From Salinispira sp. (GTDB taxonomy: Bacteria; Spirochaetota; Spirochaetia; DSM-27196; Salinispiraceae): a stretch of DNA of 64,000 bases. Location of the stretch: positions 64,001-128,000 of the forward strand of contig OZ271918.1 in NCBI GenBank assembly GCA_965602015.1, written 5' to 3'. The notes below the pieces were generated by a model, which saw nothing but the letters and a program-made list of their open reading frames with translations, did not search any database and was not told the origin of the DNA. This document shows positions 27,362 to 37,355 of the stretch, one piece after another. How positions within the stretch are numbered: position 1 is the stretch's first letter; every line of letters begins with the position of its first letter. Position numbers and translations under genes: made by a program.

Positions 27362-28639
27362 TTACTTCTCGCTGAAACCCGCCATGGCCCGCATTTGGGC
27401 CGCCGGGCCGTCTTTCGCGTTTCTCTTGTCGTGGATGATGGCCTGGACGCCGGTGGCGAGCCCGTACAGGTTGATAAAGCCCGTGGCGTCGCTGTGGTCG
27501 TACCCCGACTCGCCGAAGCTCGCCAGGTCTTCAATATACAACGAATAGGGGCTTCTGCGGCCCACAATGGTGATATTCCCCTTGTACAGGGTGAGACGCA
27601 CTTCGCCGCTGCAGTATTTTGTCGCTTCTTCCATGTACGCGTCCATACTCTCCCGGAAATGTCCGAACCACTTGCCCGCATAGACGATGTCGGCGTATTT
27701 CAGAGCCAGGGAGTTTTTCATCGAGAGGGTGTCGAAGTCCATGGTGATCATTTCCAGTTCGCGCAGCGCCTTGTGGAGGATGGTGCCCGCGGGGGTTTCG
27801 TAGACTCCCCGGCTTTTCATTCCGACCAGGCGGGTTTCAACCAGATCCGCCCGGCCGACACCGTGTTCGCCGCCGAGCCTATTGAGAGCTTCGAGCATGT
27901 CCACTTCGCTCATTTCCACTCCGTCCAGGGCCACCGGAAATCCCTTCTGGAATTTCAAGGTCAGTTCTGCCTCCTGATCGGGGGCGTCCTTTGGATCTTT
28001 GGTGAGCTGGAACATGTCCGCCTCGGGACGGTTCCAGGGATTTTCGAGGATTCCTCCCTCGTGGCTCATGTGCCAGATATTCCAGTCCCGGCTGTAAATG
28101 TTCTGCTTGCTGATATTCCCGATCGGTATGCCGTGTTTCTGGGCATAATCTATCGCCTGCTCGCGGCTGGTAATGTCCCAGAGCCTCCACGGCGCGATGA
28201 TGTCCAGTTCCGGCGCCAGAGCTTTGTAGGTCAATTCGAAACGCACCTGGTCATTGCCCTTTCCTGTGCATCCGTGTGCCAGGGCGTCAGCGCCTTCCTT
28301 GAGGGCGATTTCCACCTGATGCTTAGCCTGGAGGGGACGGGCGATAGATGTGCCCAGAAGGTACTTGCCTTCGTAAATCGCCCCTGCCCGGAGCAAGGGC
28401 CACAGGTATTCCCGGGCGAATTCTTCCCGGGCGTCGATGATGTACAGCTTGCTGGCACCCGAAGCCTTGGCCTTGGCGTCCATGGCTTCCCAGTCCTCGC
28501 TCTGGCCCACATTTACGCAGACCCCGACAATTTCGGGGTTATCGTAATGTTCCTTGAGCCAGGGGATAATAATCGAGGTATCGAGGCCGCCCGAATAGGC
28601 GAGCACTATTTTCTTGAGGCTTTTTTTCTCCGACTTCAT
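27362..28639 (-). CDS. argG: Argininosuccinate synthase
   Basis: LAYSGGLDTS, YLLGTSIARP, HGCTGKGNDQVRFE, SRGVYETP; ATG 28639 overlaps the argD stop. Confidence 0.97.
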   Translation of the reverse strand: MKSEKKSLKKIVLAYSGGLDTSIIIPWLKEHYDNPEIVGVCVNVGQSEDWEAMDAKAKASGASKLYIIDAREEFAREYLWPLLRAGAIYEGKYLLGTSIARPLQAKHQVEIALKEGADALAHGCTGKGNDQVRFELTYKALAPELDIIAPWRLWDITSREQAIDYAQKHGIPIGNISKQNIYSRDWNIWHMSHEGGILENPWNRPEADMFQLTKDPKDAPDQEAELTLKFQKGFPVALDGVEMSEVDMLEALNRLGGEHGVGRADLVETRLVGMKSRGVYETPAGTILHKALRELEMITMDFDTLSMKNSLALKYADIVYAGKWFGHFRESMDAYMEEATKYCSGEVRLTLYKGNITIVGRRSPYSLYIEDLASFGESGYDHSDATGFINLYGLATGVQAIIHDKRNAKDGPAAQMRAMAGFSEK

Positions 28640-29913
28640 GCGGTTCTCCTTTTCAAAACTCTGCGAAGTATTGATTCCAGTTCGTCTATGTCGTTGTTTT
28701 CGATAACCAGCGGCGGCGCCATGCGCAGAATGTTGGTCCCGGCCCGCAAAACAAGCAGGCCCTCTTCCATGCATTCGGCGATAAAACCCGGAAGGGCCTC
28801 TCCGTCCCGGACTGCCAGTCCCCTGAGCATGCCCCGGCCCCGGGGAGCTTCACCGGCTATGAAGAAGCCGGGGTGGTCGTCGCGGATGGCTTCCAGACGT
28901 CGTCCGAGATAGTCCGCCGTGGCGTTTACCCCCTCGAGGAATCCCGGCCGGGTTATCTCGTCCCAGACCAGGCCTGCGGCGGCGGTGGTTACCGGTCCCC
29001 CGCCGAAGGTGCTGGCGTGGTCGCCGGGTTTAATGCTTTCGTGAATTCGTTTTTTCACCAGGGTGGCGGACAGGGGAAGGCCGCCGGCCAGTGGTTTGCT
29101 TAAGGTGATGATGTCCGGCCTCAGCCCGGCGCCTTCGCTGGCGAAGAGGGTACCGCATCGCCCCAGCCCGGTCTGAACCTCGTCGGCAATCAGTACGATG
29201 TCCCGCTCTGCGCATATCTCGTTGAGGGCCCGGGCGAAATCAGGCTTCATGGCGATTATGCCGCCTTCCCCCTGAATCGGTTCCACGATAACAACGCCGG
29301 TTTTACGTCCCCGGCAACCCCGAAGCCTGCGGCGCAGATCCGCAACGTCGTTAAAAACCCCGAAACGGGCTCCGGGAATGAGGGGCTCGAAGGGCGTGCG
29401 GTATTTTTTCGTCGCGGTAACCGACAGGGCGCCCATGGTCCGTCCGTGAAAGCTGTCTGCAAAGGCCAGGATTCCCGGGCGGTTTTTTCCCTTTCTATGC
29501 TGATATCCCCGGGCGTATTTAATGGCTGTTTCGTTGGCTTCGGTGCCGCTGTTGCCGAAGTGGACCGAGGCGAAGTAACCGGGATTCCGGTCCCTGCTCC
29601 AGGGCTGATCCTCTGGCAAGGGGCTTGAGCTGCAAAACTTTTCCGCCAAATCCAGGGCGGGCCGGGTGGTGAACAGATTGCTGATATGGACCAGTTTTCC
29701 CGCCTGTCGGGAGATGAGGTCCGCGAAATCCTTCCGGCCGTAGCCCAGGGCATTAACCGCGATGCCCGACGCGAAGTCCAGGTATTCCTTGCCCGCGGCA
29801 TCTCGCAGCCGTACGCCCCGGCCTTCCTCTATTATGAGCAGCTTTTCGGCATACTGTCTGGGCAGGTGATGCTTGTCCGCATAGGCTTGTTCGCCGTGAC
29901 CAGTGGTATCCAC
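28636..29913 (-). CDS. argD: Acetylornithine aminotransferase
   Basis: YLDFASGIAVNALG, NSGTEANE, FHGRT, EPIQGEGG, DEVQTG, PLP lysine in SKPLAGG; AGGAGG RBS before GTG 29913. Confidence 0.92.
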   Translation of the reverse strand: MDTTGHGEQAYADKHHLPRQYAEKLLIIEEGRGVRLRDAAGKEYLDFASGIAVNALGYGRKDFADLISRQAGKLVHISNLFTTRPALDLAEKFCSSSPLPEDQPWSRDRNPGYFASVHFGNSGTEANETAIKYARGYQHRKGKNRPGILAFADSFHGRTMGALSVTATKKYRTPFEPLIPGARFGVFNDVADLRRRLRGCRGRKTGVVIVEPIQGEGGIIAMKPDFARALNEICAERDIVLIADEVQTGLGRCGTLFASEGAGLRPDIITLSKPLAGGLPLSATLVKKRIHESIKPGDHASTFGGGPVTTAAAGLVWDEITRPGFLEGVNATADYLGRRLEAIRDDHPGFFIAGEAPRGRGMLRGLAVRDGEALPGFIAECMEEGLLVLRAGTNILRMAPPLVIENNDIDELESILRRVLKRRTA

Positions 29914-29950
29914 GTTTCCTCCTTTTCCCGTGATTATGTGCTGATGTGTG

Positions 29951-30739
29951 CTATCGAGTGAATCGGCTGCCCCGGCGGCCCGAGAGCAGGTCTTCAAGGC
30001 TTGCTTCCCCGCCCATGTCGCCGATGATGACTTGTCCGGCGCCCGACTTCAAGATTTCCAGGGAGTTGCGAACCTTGGGTATCATGCCGCCGGCAATGAC
30101 GCCGTCGGAAATAAGCGTTTCCGTGCGGGACTCGTCGAGACGGGAAATAACCGCGCTTTTTGGGGAATCCGGAGGCCCGTCCAGCACCCCGGGTATGTCG
30201 GACAGAAAGACCACGGTCCCGGGCGCCAGGGCTTGTGCAAGCGCCATGGCGGCGTCATCCGCATTGATATTTAGGCCGCCGCCGTCGCCGTCCGAGCTTA
30301 CGGGGCTTATCACCGGCAGATAACCGCCGGAGAGCAGATGGTCTATTAGAGCCGGGCGGATTTCTGTCACCGAGCCCGTCCGGTTATCCGAAGCGACGGG
30401 TTCGCCGGTAAACAGGCCGGCATCTACCCCGCTGATGCCAACGGCGGGCAATCCGGCGGCCAGGGCCATCCGCAGAATCATGGTATTCATCCGGCCTGCC
30501 AGACCCATGTCGATAATGGCCATTTCGGCTTCGCTGGTCTGGCGGATGCCGTCGATGAACGTTGGTTCAATGCCGAATGCCCGGGATATCCTGCTCACTT
30601 CGCTTCCGCCCCCGTGAATCAGCACAAAACGCCGTTCGCCGGACAGACGGGATATCTCGGCAATGAGGGACTTTAGCACGGCAGGCTCCTGGGCCGGGCG
30701 GCCGCCGATTTTGATCAATATTAATTCGCGGTGTTTCAC
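29951..30739 (-). CDS. argB: Acetylglutamate kinase
   Basis: IKIGG, HGGG, NINADDAA, SDIPGV, GGMIPK. Confidence 0.95.
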   Translation of the reverse strand: MKHRELILIKIGGRPAQEPAVLKSLIAEISRLSGERRFVLIHGGGSEVSRISRAFGIEPTFIDGIRQTSEAEMAIIDMGLAGRMNTMILRMALAAGLPAVGISGVDAGLFTGEPVASDNRTGSVTEIRPALIDHLLSGGYLPVISPVSSDGDGGGLNINADDAAMALAQALAPGTVVFLSDIPGVLDGPPDSPKSAVISRLDESRTETLISDGVIAGGMIPKVRNSLEILKSGAGQVIIGDMGGEASLEDLLSGRRGSRFTR

Positions 30740-30748
30740 GGGCAGATC

Positions 30749-31786
30749 CTATATCTCGCCATGGAGATTCAGACCGATACTTTGGTCGACACCCATCCGG
30801 ATATTCATGTTTTGGATCGCCTGGCCCCCGGCGCCTTTGTAGAGATTATCGATTACCGAAATGAGAAACAGCTGACGCTCCTCCCGGTGGAAGGTGAAAT
30901 CGCAGCGGTTGGTCCCCCGCACCTGGGAGGTTTCGGGAATATCGCTGCGCAGCCGTACAAAGGGGCTGTTGCCGTAGGCTTGCCGGAAAATGGCGTTAAT
31001 CTCTTCGTCCGCACAGTCACGGCTGAGCGTGAGACTGGTGGTCACCTCCATGCCGTGATGTACCGGAATAAGATGAGGGGTGAAATACAGTTCGCCGGGG
31101 TACTGCCCGAGGGACTTGGCCTGGTTCGATATTTCGTTCCAGTGCCGGTGGCTTTTGCCCGGACCGTAGGCGGCGGCGTTCTCGGTCCTGCTGGTGTACA
31201 AGAGATGTTCTTTTGCTTTGCGGCCGGCGCCGGATATGCCGCTCAGTGCGTTGACGATGACCGGGCCGGCGACGAGGTTTTTCCGAAGGAGGGGAATCAA
31301 CGGAAGCAGGGTGGCCGTGGGGTAGCAGCCCGGGTTGGCGATGAGTCCTGCGCTGCGGATCTCATCGGCGTACCATTCGCTCAACCCATACACCGCCGAT
31401 TCAAGGAGGTCCGGCCGATGGGCTTCCACCCCGTAGGCCGCCCGGTAGGCGTCGGCGCTGGAAAAGCGGAAATCCGCCGAAAGGTCTATGACGACCGAGG
31501 TTGAGAAAAATGGCTCGGCCAGTTCGGCGGATTTTTTATGGGGAAGGGCGGCGAATACCACGTCGGGCTTGAGTCCGACGACTGCATTGATATCCAAAAA
31601 CCGCCCGCCGGCGGCTTCAAGCTTGGGGGCATACAGGGGAGACAGCCCCGGATCGCATTCCAGTACCTCTTTGCCCGCCGATGATGAGCTTGCCGGGAGG
31701 ACCTGGTCTATGTAGGGGTGCGAGAGCGCCAGGCGCAGGAGCACCTGACCGATGTAGCCTGTGCTACCGAGAATTGCTACGGTCAT
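30749..31786 (-). CDS. argC: N-acetyl-gamma-glutamyl-phosphate reductase
   Basis: GSTGYIG, ALPH, DLSADFR, ANPGCYPT, SGISGAG, IDNLYKGAGGQA. Confidence 0.96.
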   Translation of the reverse strand: MTVAILGSTGYIGQVLLRLALSHPYIDQVLPASSSSAGKEVLECDPGLSPLYAPKLEAAGGRFLDINAVVGLKPDVVFAALPHKKSAELAEPFFSTSVVIDLSADFRFSSADAYRAAYGVEAHRPDLLESAVYGLSEWYADEIRSAGLIANPGCYPTATLLPLIPLLRKNLVAGPVIVNALSGISGAGRKAKEHLLYTSRTENAAAYGPGKSHRHWNEISNQAKSLGQYPGELYFTPHLIPVHHGMEVTTSLTLSRDCADEEINAIFRQAYGNSPFVRLRSDIPETSQVRGTNRCDFTFHREERQLFLISVIDNLYKGAGGQAIQNMNIRMGVDQSIGLNLHGEI

Positions 31787-31801
31787 AAATGATATCCCGC
31801 C

Positions 31802-32272
31802 TTATTCGTCCAGATCGGGAAACTTTTCCCGGAGCAGGGCGAGCATTTGATCAGGTCCTATTCCCTCCCTGACGACGATAAAAACCGCATCGTCGCCGGC
31901 CAGGGTGCCTAAAATATCCTCGAAGTTGATGCTGTCAAGAGCCAGGGCGACAGAGCCCGCATGACCGGGAAGGGTGCGGATGACGCCCATATTGCCGGAA
32001 AAATCGATGGAGACAAAACCCCGCTGGAAATCGAGGATATAGGAATGTTCGGATTCCTTTCTTTCCTCGTCGCTGGGGAGGCTGTAGTAATACCCGTCTG
32101 CCCCTTCGGAGATTTTTCCGACCTTGAGAAGCTTTAAATCCCGGGAAAGGGTGGCCTGGGTAACGTTGAACCCGTCGCGAACAAGGTGATTGAGCAGGGT
32201 TTCCTGGCTGTTTATCCGATGGCCCCGGATTATCCGCTTGATGGCCTTTAGTCGCTGCGTCCGTTCTTTCAC
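31802..32272 (-). CDS. argR: Arginine repressor
   Basis: SQETL, VTQATLSRDL, RTLPGHA, GTLAGDD; GAGGGG RBS before GTG 32272. Confidence 0.95.
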   Translation of the reverse strand: MKERTQRLKAIKRIIRGHRINSQETLLNHLVRDGFNVTQATLSRDLKLLKVGKISEGADGYYYSLPSDEERKESEHSYILDFQRGFVSIDFSGNMGVIRTLPGHAGSVALALDSINFEDILGTLAGDDAVFIVVREGIGPDQMLALLREKFPDLDE

Positions 32273-32301
32273 GTCATCCCCTCGATAAATAAATATACCA
32301 T

Positions 32302-32343
32302 ACTTATGCATAAACATAGGGCTTATACAGAAAATATGCAATA
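32302..32343. promoter_or_regulatory. Putative tandem ARG boxes upstream of argR
   Basis: AT-rich imperfect palindromes with TGCATA half-sites (ttatgcataaacatag; tatacagaaaatatgcaata). Confidence 0.5.
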
Positions 32344-32389
32344 CAATCGTTCAATAAAATGAACATAAAACAGAGAAATTGAAAAACCC

Positions 32390-33844
32390 GTGTCCGCTGC
32401 CGATACTGATATTGACGGAGTAGACATGATTCGCGACGGTCAACTTTCCATTTTTCTCTCGGAAGATGCCATGCGGGCCTGGGCGACGTTTAAACCGCCG
32501 GCCACCGGCGGGAGGCCCCTGGAATTAAGCGACATTGAATCGATAATCGACGCCGAGGGCATCACTCACGGCCTCGACTGGGAACGGATCCGTGAAAGCC
32601 TCTACCTCTGCAACAATGAGCATAAGACCGTCAGCCAGGTGCTCATTGCCCGTGGCATTGAATCCCGCCCGGAGCTTCCCGAGACCCCGGTGTTTTCCCC
32701 GGGCATTCAAAGCCAGAGCCGAATCTTCCGCCAGGTCGACAGCAGGGGCCGATATCACCCCCCGGGCGAGGAGCAATCAGAAGCTCTCCACGAAAAGGAT
32801 CTCGAAGAGACCGGCGGCAGGGTAGATCACCGGGAGCGAAACAGCATACATGTAATACACGAAGGTCAGGTCCTCGCCAAGCTGCTGCCGCGCCGGCCGG
32901 GAGAGTTCGGAACAAACGTCAAAGGCGAGCAAATCCCCTTCGCAACCATCGAAATAAAACAGCTCAAACCGGGACTCAACGTGGAAAAACGGGAAAACAG
33001 TTTTATCTCCATGGCCGCCGGGCGTCTTGTTTGGGACAAAGAGCAGTTCGGCGTTGATACGAATATAGAAATCAGCGGAGAAGTCGGCTATGCCACCGGA
33101 AATATACGCTTTCCCGGCAATGTTTTACTCAAGGGCGAGATACAGGACGGATTCCGCATCTGGTCAGGCGGCGACATCCGTTCAAAGGCGACAATCGACG
33201 CCTTTGAGATCTTTTGCAAGGGCGATCTCCTGTGCAGCGAGGGAATCCTGGGCCGAAATCACGGGGTAATTCGGGTAAAGGGCAACCTGGAAGCAAAATT
33301 TATCGAAAATTGCCGGGCCGACGTATTCGGCACCATCCGGATAAAAAACGCCATCCTCAATTCCCGGGTTAACAGCAACAGCGAAATACAGTGTACAAAG
33401 GGAAAAATTATCGGCGGGCAGATCCGTTTTGCCAGGGTGCTCAAGGCCGAAATCTTGGGTAACCGGGCGGGAGTCAGGACCGTGGTTATCGGCGGGGTCA
33501 ATTTCGTTGAAGTGCGCAAACTCGAACACTGTCAAAAACATCTTGCGGAGCTCAGCGGACGGCATCAGGAGATATCATCGCGATTCCAACGAGACCGGGA
33601 TTCCAAACATCAAAAAGCCCTGGCTGTCCTGGAAAAAGAAATAAGCAGGATGCAGGATGAAATCGGCGCGTTAATGGAGACTACCCAGCCGGATCCGGAG
33701 GCCGTCCTCGAAGTGCAGGGGACGGTGTTTGCCGGCTGCGTCATCCGCTTCGGAAGGCTGGAGCTGACCGTATCGGAGGATTTGACAAAAAAACGCTTCC
33801 GCCCCGATGCGGACAGCGGAAAAGTCCTGGTGGAAGACCTTTGA
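32390..33844 (+). CDS. FapA / DUF342 family protein
   Basis: IARG..P, PGEFGTNVKGE, GEVGYATGNIRFPGNV, KIIGG, GNRAGVRT, coiled coil, GTVFAG. Confidence 0.88.
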   Translation: MSAADTDIDGVDMIRDGQLSIFLSEDAMRAWATFKPPATGGRPLELSDIESIIDAEGITHGLDWERIRESLYLCNNEHKTVSQVLIARGIESRPELPETPVFSPGIQSQSRIFRQVDSRGRYHPPGEEQSEALHEKDLEETGGRVDHRERNSIHVIHEGQVLAKLLPRRPGEFGTNVKGEQIPFATIEIKQLKPGLNVEKRENSFISMAAGRLVWDKEQFGVDTNIEISGEVGYATGNIRFPGNVLLKGEIQDGFRIWSGGDIRSKATIDAFEIFCKGDLLCSEGILGRNHGVIRVKGNLEAKFIENCRADVFGTIRIKNAILNSRVNSNSEIQCTKGKIIGGQIRFARVLKAEILGNRAGVRTVVIGGVNFVEVRKLEHCQKHLAELSGRHQEISSRFQRDRDSKHQKALAVLEKEISRMQDEIGALMETTQPDPEAVLEVQGTVFAGCVIRFGRLELTVSEDLTKKRFRPDADSGKVLVEDL

Positions 33845-33927
33845 AGGCCGGAGTTCCTGTCCGCTGTCGCCCCGCCTGTTGATGTCCTGTCTGCTATTGT
33901 CCACAGAATCGCCGGCGTCCCCCGGGC

Positions 33928-34938
33928 TCAAATGGCAAATAAAAACACATTAGCCAGCACGTTGAGCACCACGTAGGAACAGAGAGCCGAACCAACGGGG
34001 GTCAGGAGCCAGCCCAGGGCGATGCTCCCGAGCCGCCGATAGCGGATCCCCCCAGCCCCCCTGGCTATGCCGATACCGATAACCGCGCCAACCGCGGCCT
34101 GGGAACTTGAAACCGGCACCTGGGGCATAAACCGGGAGCTGAACAGCAATAGTACCGTCGATACGGAAATCACCGTCACCAGTGCGTTTTCCGGGGACAG
34201 GTGGACGATGTCGCTGCCGATGGTTTCCATGACCCGCTGGGAATAGGTCAGAATGCCCACGGCGATCGATATACCCCCTATGATAAACAGCACTCTCGCC
34301 GGAGTGAGTAGGATTCCCATGAGCTCCACCTCGGGAAACGGCGCCACGGGGACAAAGACCCCCATGACATTGGCAATATTGTTCATTCCCAGGCTAAAGG
34401 CTCCGTAGGCTCCCGCCAAGGCGAGCAGGGTACGAAGTATCACATCCCAGTGAAACAGATGAATGGCGAGCCTCCGCATGACCGCCCGCATGAGATGGAA
34501 GAGCAGCCAGGAAAACACCGCTGCCAGCAACGGTGAGGACACCCAGCTCAGGGCGATGGAAGACAGCACCGACCAGTCTGTGGAAGCGTTGGAGAAAAAG
34601 TTCCATCCGATCAATGCCCCGACGATGGCCTGGCTGGTGCTCACCGGCAATCCGGCGCGGGTGAAAAGAAAGAGGGTTACCGCGGCGCTCAGGGCGACGG
34701 CGAAGGAGCCCCCGAGACTTCCCACGGTCCCCAGCCTTCCCAGGGTCTCGCTGCCGCCGAATCCGCCGGCCGCGGCACCGAGTACCACAAATACCGCCCC
34801 GATGACTGCCGCCCGCCTGAAGCTGAGCATCCGGCTGCCCACGGCGCTGCCCATAATATTCGCCGCGTCATTGGCCCCGAGATTCCACCCGAGAAAGAGT
34901 CCGGAACTGAGAAGCAGCAATCCGCTTAAGGGGTCCAC
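33928..34938 (-). CDS. PiT family inorganic phosphate transporter
   Basis: GANDAAN and GMNNIAN signatures; two PVSxSQA motifs. Confidence 0.92.
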   Translation of the reverse strand: MDPLSGLLLLSSGLFLGWNLGANDAANIMGSAVGSRMLSFRRAAVIGAVFVVLGAAAGGFGGSETLGRLGTVGSLGGSFAVALSAAVTLFLFTRAGLPVSTSQAIVGALIGWNFFSNASTDWSVLSSIALSWVSSPLLAAVFSWLLFHLMRAVMRRLAIHLFHWDVILRTLLALAGAYGAFSLGMNNIANVMGVFVPVAPFPEVELMGILLTPARVLFIIGGISIAVGILTYSQRVMETIGSDIVHLSPENALVTVISVSTVLLLFSSRFMPQVPVSSSQAAVGAVIGIGIARGAGGIRYRRLGSIALGWLLTPVGSALCSYVVLNVLANVFLFAI

Positions 34939-34941
34939 GGA

Positions 34942-35595
34942 TTAAAACTCCCGCTTGATTGCCGCCACGGATATCCGGTCGGACACATCCTCGGCGGTAT
35001 CGGCAATGCTGGAGATTCCCTCAATCAGCAGGCTGAGCTGCATCTTTGCCGAGAGGCGTTTCTCCTCCTGGTCGGCAAAGACCGCCCTCTTCAAGCTGTC
35101 TTCCAGCTCGTCGGCTTCGTGCTCGTGGAAGTGCACCTTGCTTAATAGGTCCTGTACCGAGCCGGGGGTTTTTAGGTATGCCTTTGCAGCCTGAACGGTA
35201 AAATCGACGGCGCCGGACACCGAGTCGCTCAGGTCGCGCATGCCTTGTCGGAGGAACTCCGGAATTTGCGGTTCTTCGATTTCCAGTTTTACCGCCACCT
35301 TCTTTGTGGTATCGATAATCCGGTCGGCGTTTTCCAGGATGCTCAGCACATCTCCCCGGTTCTCCGGAATGAGCATCCGGGAATACAGACGGAAGCGGAT
35401 TTCCCGGCGCAGCTGGTCGCAGTCCGCTTCGAGGCTTCGAAGCTCCTGAATGTGGCGGCTCATTCCTGCGCTGTCACTTCTGAGGTAGTCAACCATGAGC
35501 GCTTTGAAAATAAGAGCAGAGCGCCCGATGGCGTCAAGGAAGCTGTCGAAATCAGAAATAAGTTTGTGGGTCTTGTTTAAAATTACCGGCATCAT
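34942..35595 (-). CDS. DUF47 / PhoU-like phosphate transport regulator
   Basis: LEADCD, HEHEADE, IADTAED repeats; directly upstream of the PiT gene. Confidence 0.88.
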   Translation of the reverse strand: MMPVILNKTHKLISDFDSFLDAIGRSALIFKALMVDYLRSDSAGMSRHIQELRSLEADCDQLRREIRFRLYSRMLIPENRGDVLSILENADRIIDTTKKVAVKLEIEEPQIPEFLRQGMRDLSDSVSGAVDFTVQAAKAYLKTPGSVQDLLSKVHFHEHEADELEDSLKRAVFADQEEKRLSAKMQLSLLIEGISSIADTAEDVSDRISVAAIKREF

Positions 35596-35670
35596 TGACC
35601 TCGCTGCCAATAATTATACCCGGATTTTACCCATCTGTTGGGGTTTCTTTGGGGAGCGGGGATGGTCGGC

Positions 35671-36546
35671 TCAAAGGCGTTGTATTTCGCCGTCCTGAGC
35701 CATCGATTCAATGTACTGTGTAACATGCCCGTACTGGGTCTCGGGAAAGGGAAAGCCCAGGCGGGCGGCAAGCTCGACGAGCAGTTCCCGGCAGTACTTC
35801 ATGGTCGCGTCAAACCAACTCCAATACGAGTCAAAGCTCCGACCGTCTATCACCATTAGGAGCTCGCGGTACTCGTCGGAGGACAGGTGGGCTCTGAACC
35901 ATCTGCCCTGCTTGTTGGCGCCGACCTTCCAGTCAGATCGGGCTCCGATCTTCCATTCGGTAAAATTTCGGATGAAGCGCAGGTGCAGGTCCGCCATCAT
36001 GGAAAGTGCGTAAAACTCCTCCCCCCGCAGGAGGGCCTTCGGCACATACAGGCTGTCCCAAAGAAAGGCATTTACCCGGTCTGTGAAGAGCGCTTCGTTT
36101 GGTTTTGAGATGAGCAGGTTCTTTTCTTCCGGCGCCTTTATCTCGGCGGCAGCCCCGTCCTTGTCTATGAGTACAATATAGCCAGCATCGAAGGTCTCGT
36201 GGTATCTCGGCGGTCCCTGATAAATCTGGAAATCGATTCGCAGCCCGTCGGCAAACTGCACAAGGCGGGTAAGCCGGTTTCCATCGGCGGCGGCAATCAG
36301 GGGCCATTTTACCAGCACATCGCCGCGGTTTTCGAACCAGCTATCCGGGTCTTTTATGTCATCGGGCTTTGGGAGGAAATACTCGAGGCTTGTCACGTAC
36401 AGCTCAATATCGTAGTCCGATAGCCGGTCTACCGACGAGTCATTCCTGGCCCGGGAAGAGGTGAGAATGACGCTGCGGATATTGTCATCGCCACGGAAAT
36501 CATTCAAAAAATCCTCTACGGTTTTGTGCTGAATCGGGCCGGTCAC
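35671..36546 (-). CDS. Aminoglycoside 6-adenylyltransferase (AadK/ANT(6)) family nucleotidyltransferase
   Basis: IRSVILTSSRA...DRLSDYDIELYV, RLVQFADGLRIDF, VLIDKDG, YVPKALLRGE. Confidence 0.75.
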   Translation of the reverse strand: MTGPIQHKTVEDFLNDFRGDDNIRSVILTSSRARNDSSVDRLSDYDIELYVTSLEYFLPKPDDIKDPDSWFENRGDVLVKWPLIAAADGNRLTRLVQFADGLRIDFQIYQGPPRYHETFDAGYIVLIDKDGAAAEIKAPEEKNLLISKPNEALFTDRVNAFLWDSLYVPKALLRGEEFYALSMMADLHLRFIRNFTEWKIGARSDWKVGANKQGRWFRAHLSSDEYRELLMVIDGRSFDSYWSWFDATMKYCRELLVELAARLGFPFPETQYGHVTQYIESMAQDGEIQRL

Positions 36547-37355
36547 GTTTTACGTCCCAGAAACACGATGTGTTCCGAAGCGAAAATCCCCGCAGGGCCG
36601 GGGGCCAGGCTGATGGCCATATCAATCCAGTGACGACGGTCCTCCTCGTCCAAAGAGACCAGGCTCGGTTCGCTCTGCGCCAAGCCCCCCTCGGCGCCGA
36701 AAAGGGTGATCTTCTGCAAAGGGAGGTCGGAAAAACAGCCTTCTATTTCCGAAGGATCGGCAAACCAGGCGTCCACAAAACCGGGATTCCCTTCTTCCTG
36801 GATGTGGATGCCGCAATCCAAATATTCGCGCATCTTTTTTCCGGCTTTGGCAATGTTCTGAGGATAACGCTTGGCCAGGTCAAAAACCGGGGCATAGCGG
36901 GAGATAAACGCTGCTGCCAGCAGTCCTCCGGGTTTTAATACCCGGGTTGATTCCCTAAGGACACAGCGGCGGTCTGCTTCATCCAATATATGATAAAGGG
37001 GGCCAAGGCAAAGTACTGCGTCGAAGGCCTCGTCTTTCCAGGCCGAAAGATCCCGGGCATCACCGGCTCGTGCCGACTCAAAAGAAACATTGGCCGATCT
37101 CGCTTTCGCCTCGGCAAGCTCAATCTGTACAGGAGACAGGTCCAGCAGGTTAACCTTAAATCCCCGGGCAGACAGATCAAGGGAGTATCGGCCCGGTCCG
37201 GAGCCCGAGTCCAGAATTCGGACTGTTGACGGGTGCCGGACAGGTAATTCCCTCAAGATGAAGTGCATGGTGACGGGGAACTCCAGCATATGCCGATCGT
37301 GGCGGTCCCACTCGTGCAGGGCTCCCTCGTTATAATAGTTCCTGACTTTCTCCAT
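36543..37355 (-). CDS. Class I SAM-dependent methyltransferase
   Basis: ILDSGSGPGRY, LDLS, GDARDL, FDAVLCLGPLYH, VLKPGG; ATG overlaps the upstream TAA. Confidence 0.9.
   Translation of the reverse strand: MEKVRNYYNEGALHEWDRHDRHMLEFPVTMHFILRELPVRHPSTVRILDSGSGPGRYSLDLSARGFKVNLLDLSPVQIELAEAKARSANVSFESARAGDARDLSAWKDEAFDAVLCLGPLYHILDEADRRCVLRESTRVLKPGGLLAAAFISRYAPVFDLAKRYPQNIAKAGKKMREYLDCGIHIQEEGNPGFVDAWFADPSEIEGCFSDLPLQKITLFGAEGGLAQSEPSLVSLDEEDRRHWIDMAISLAPGPAGIFASEHIVFLGRKT

Noticed and set aside
27395..28912. 505-aa antisense ORF over argG (likewise 25840..26820 over rlmN and 30731..31504 over argC)
   Set aside because: Fully opposite well-supported genes, with no recognisable motifs.
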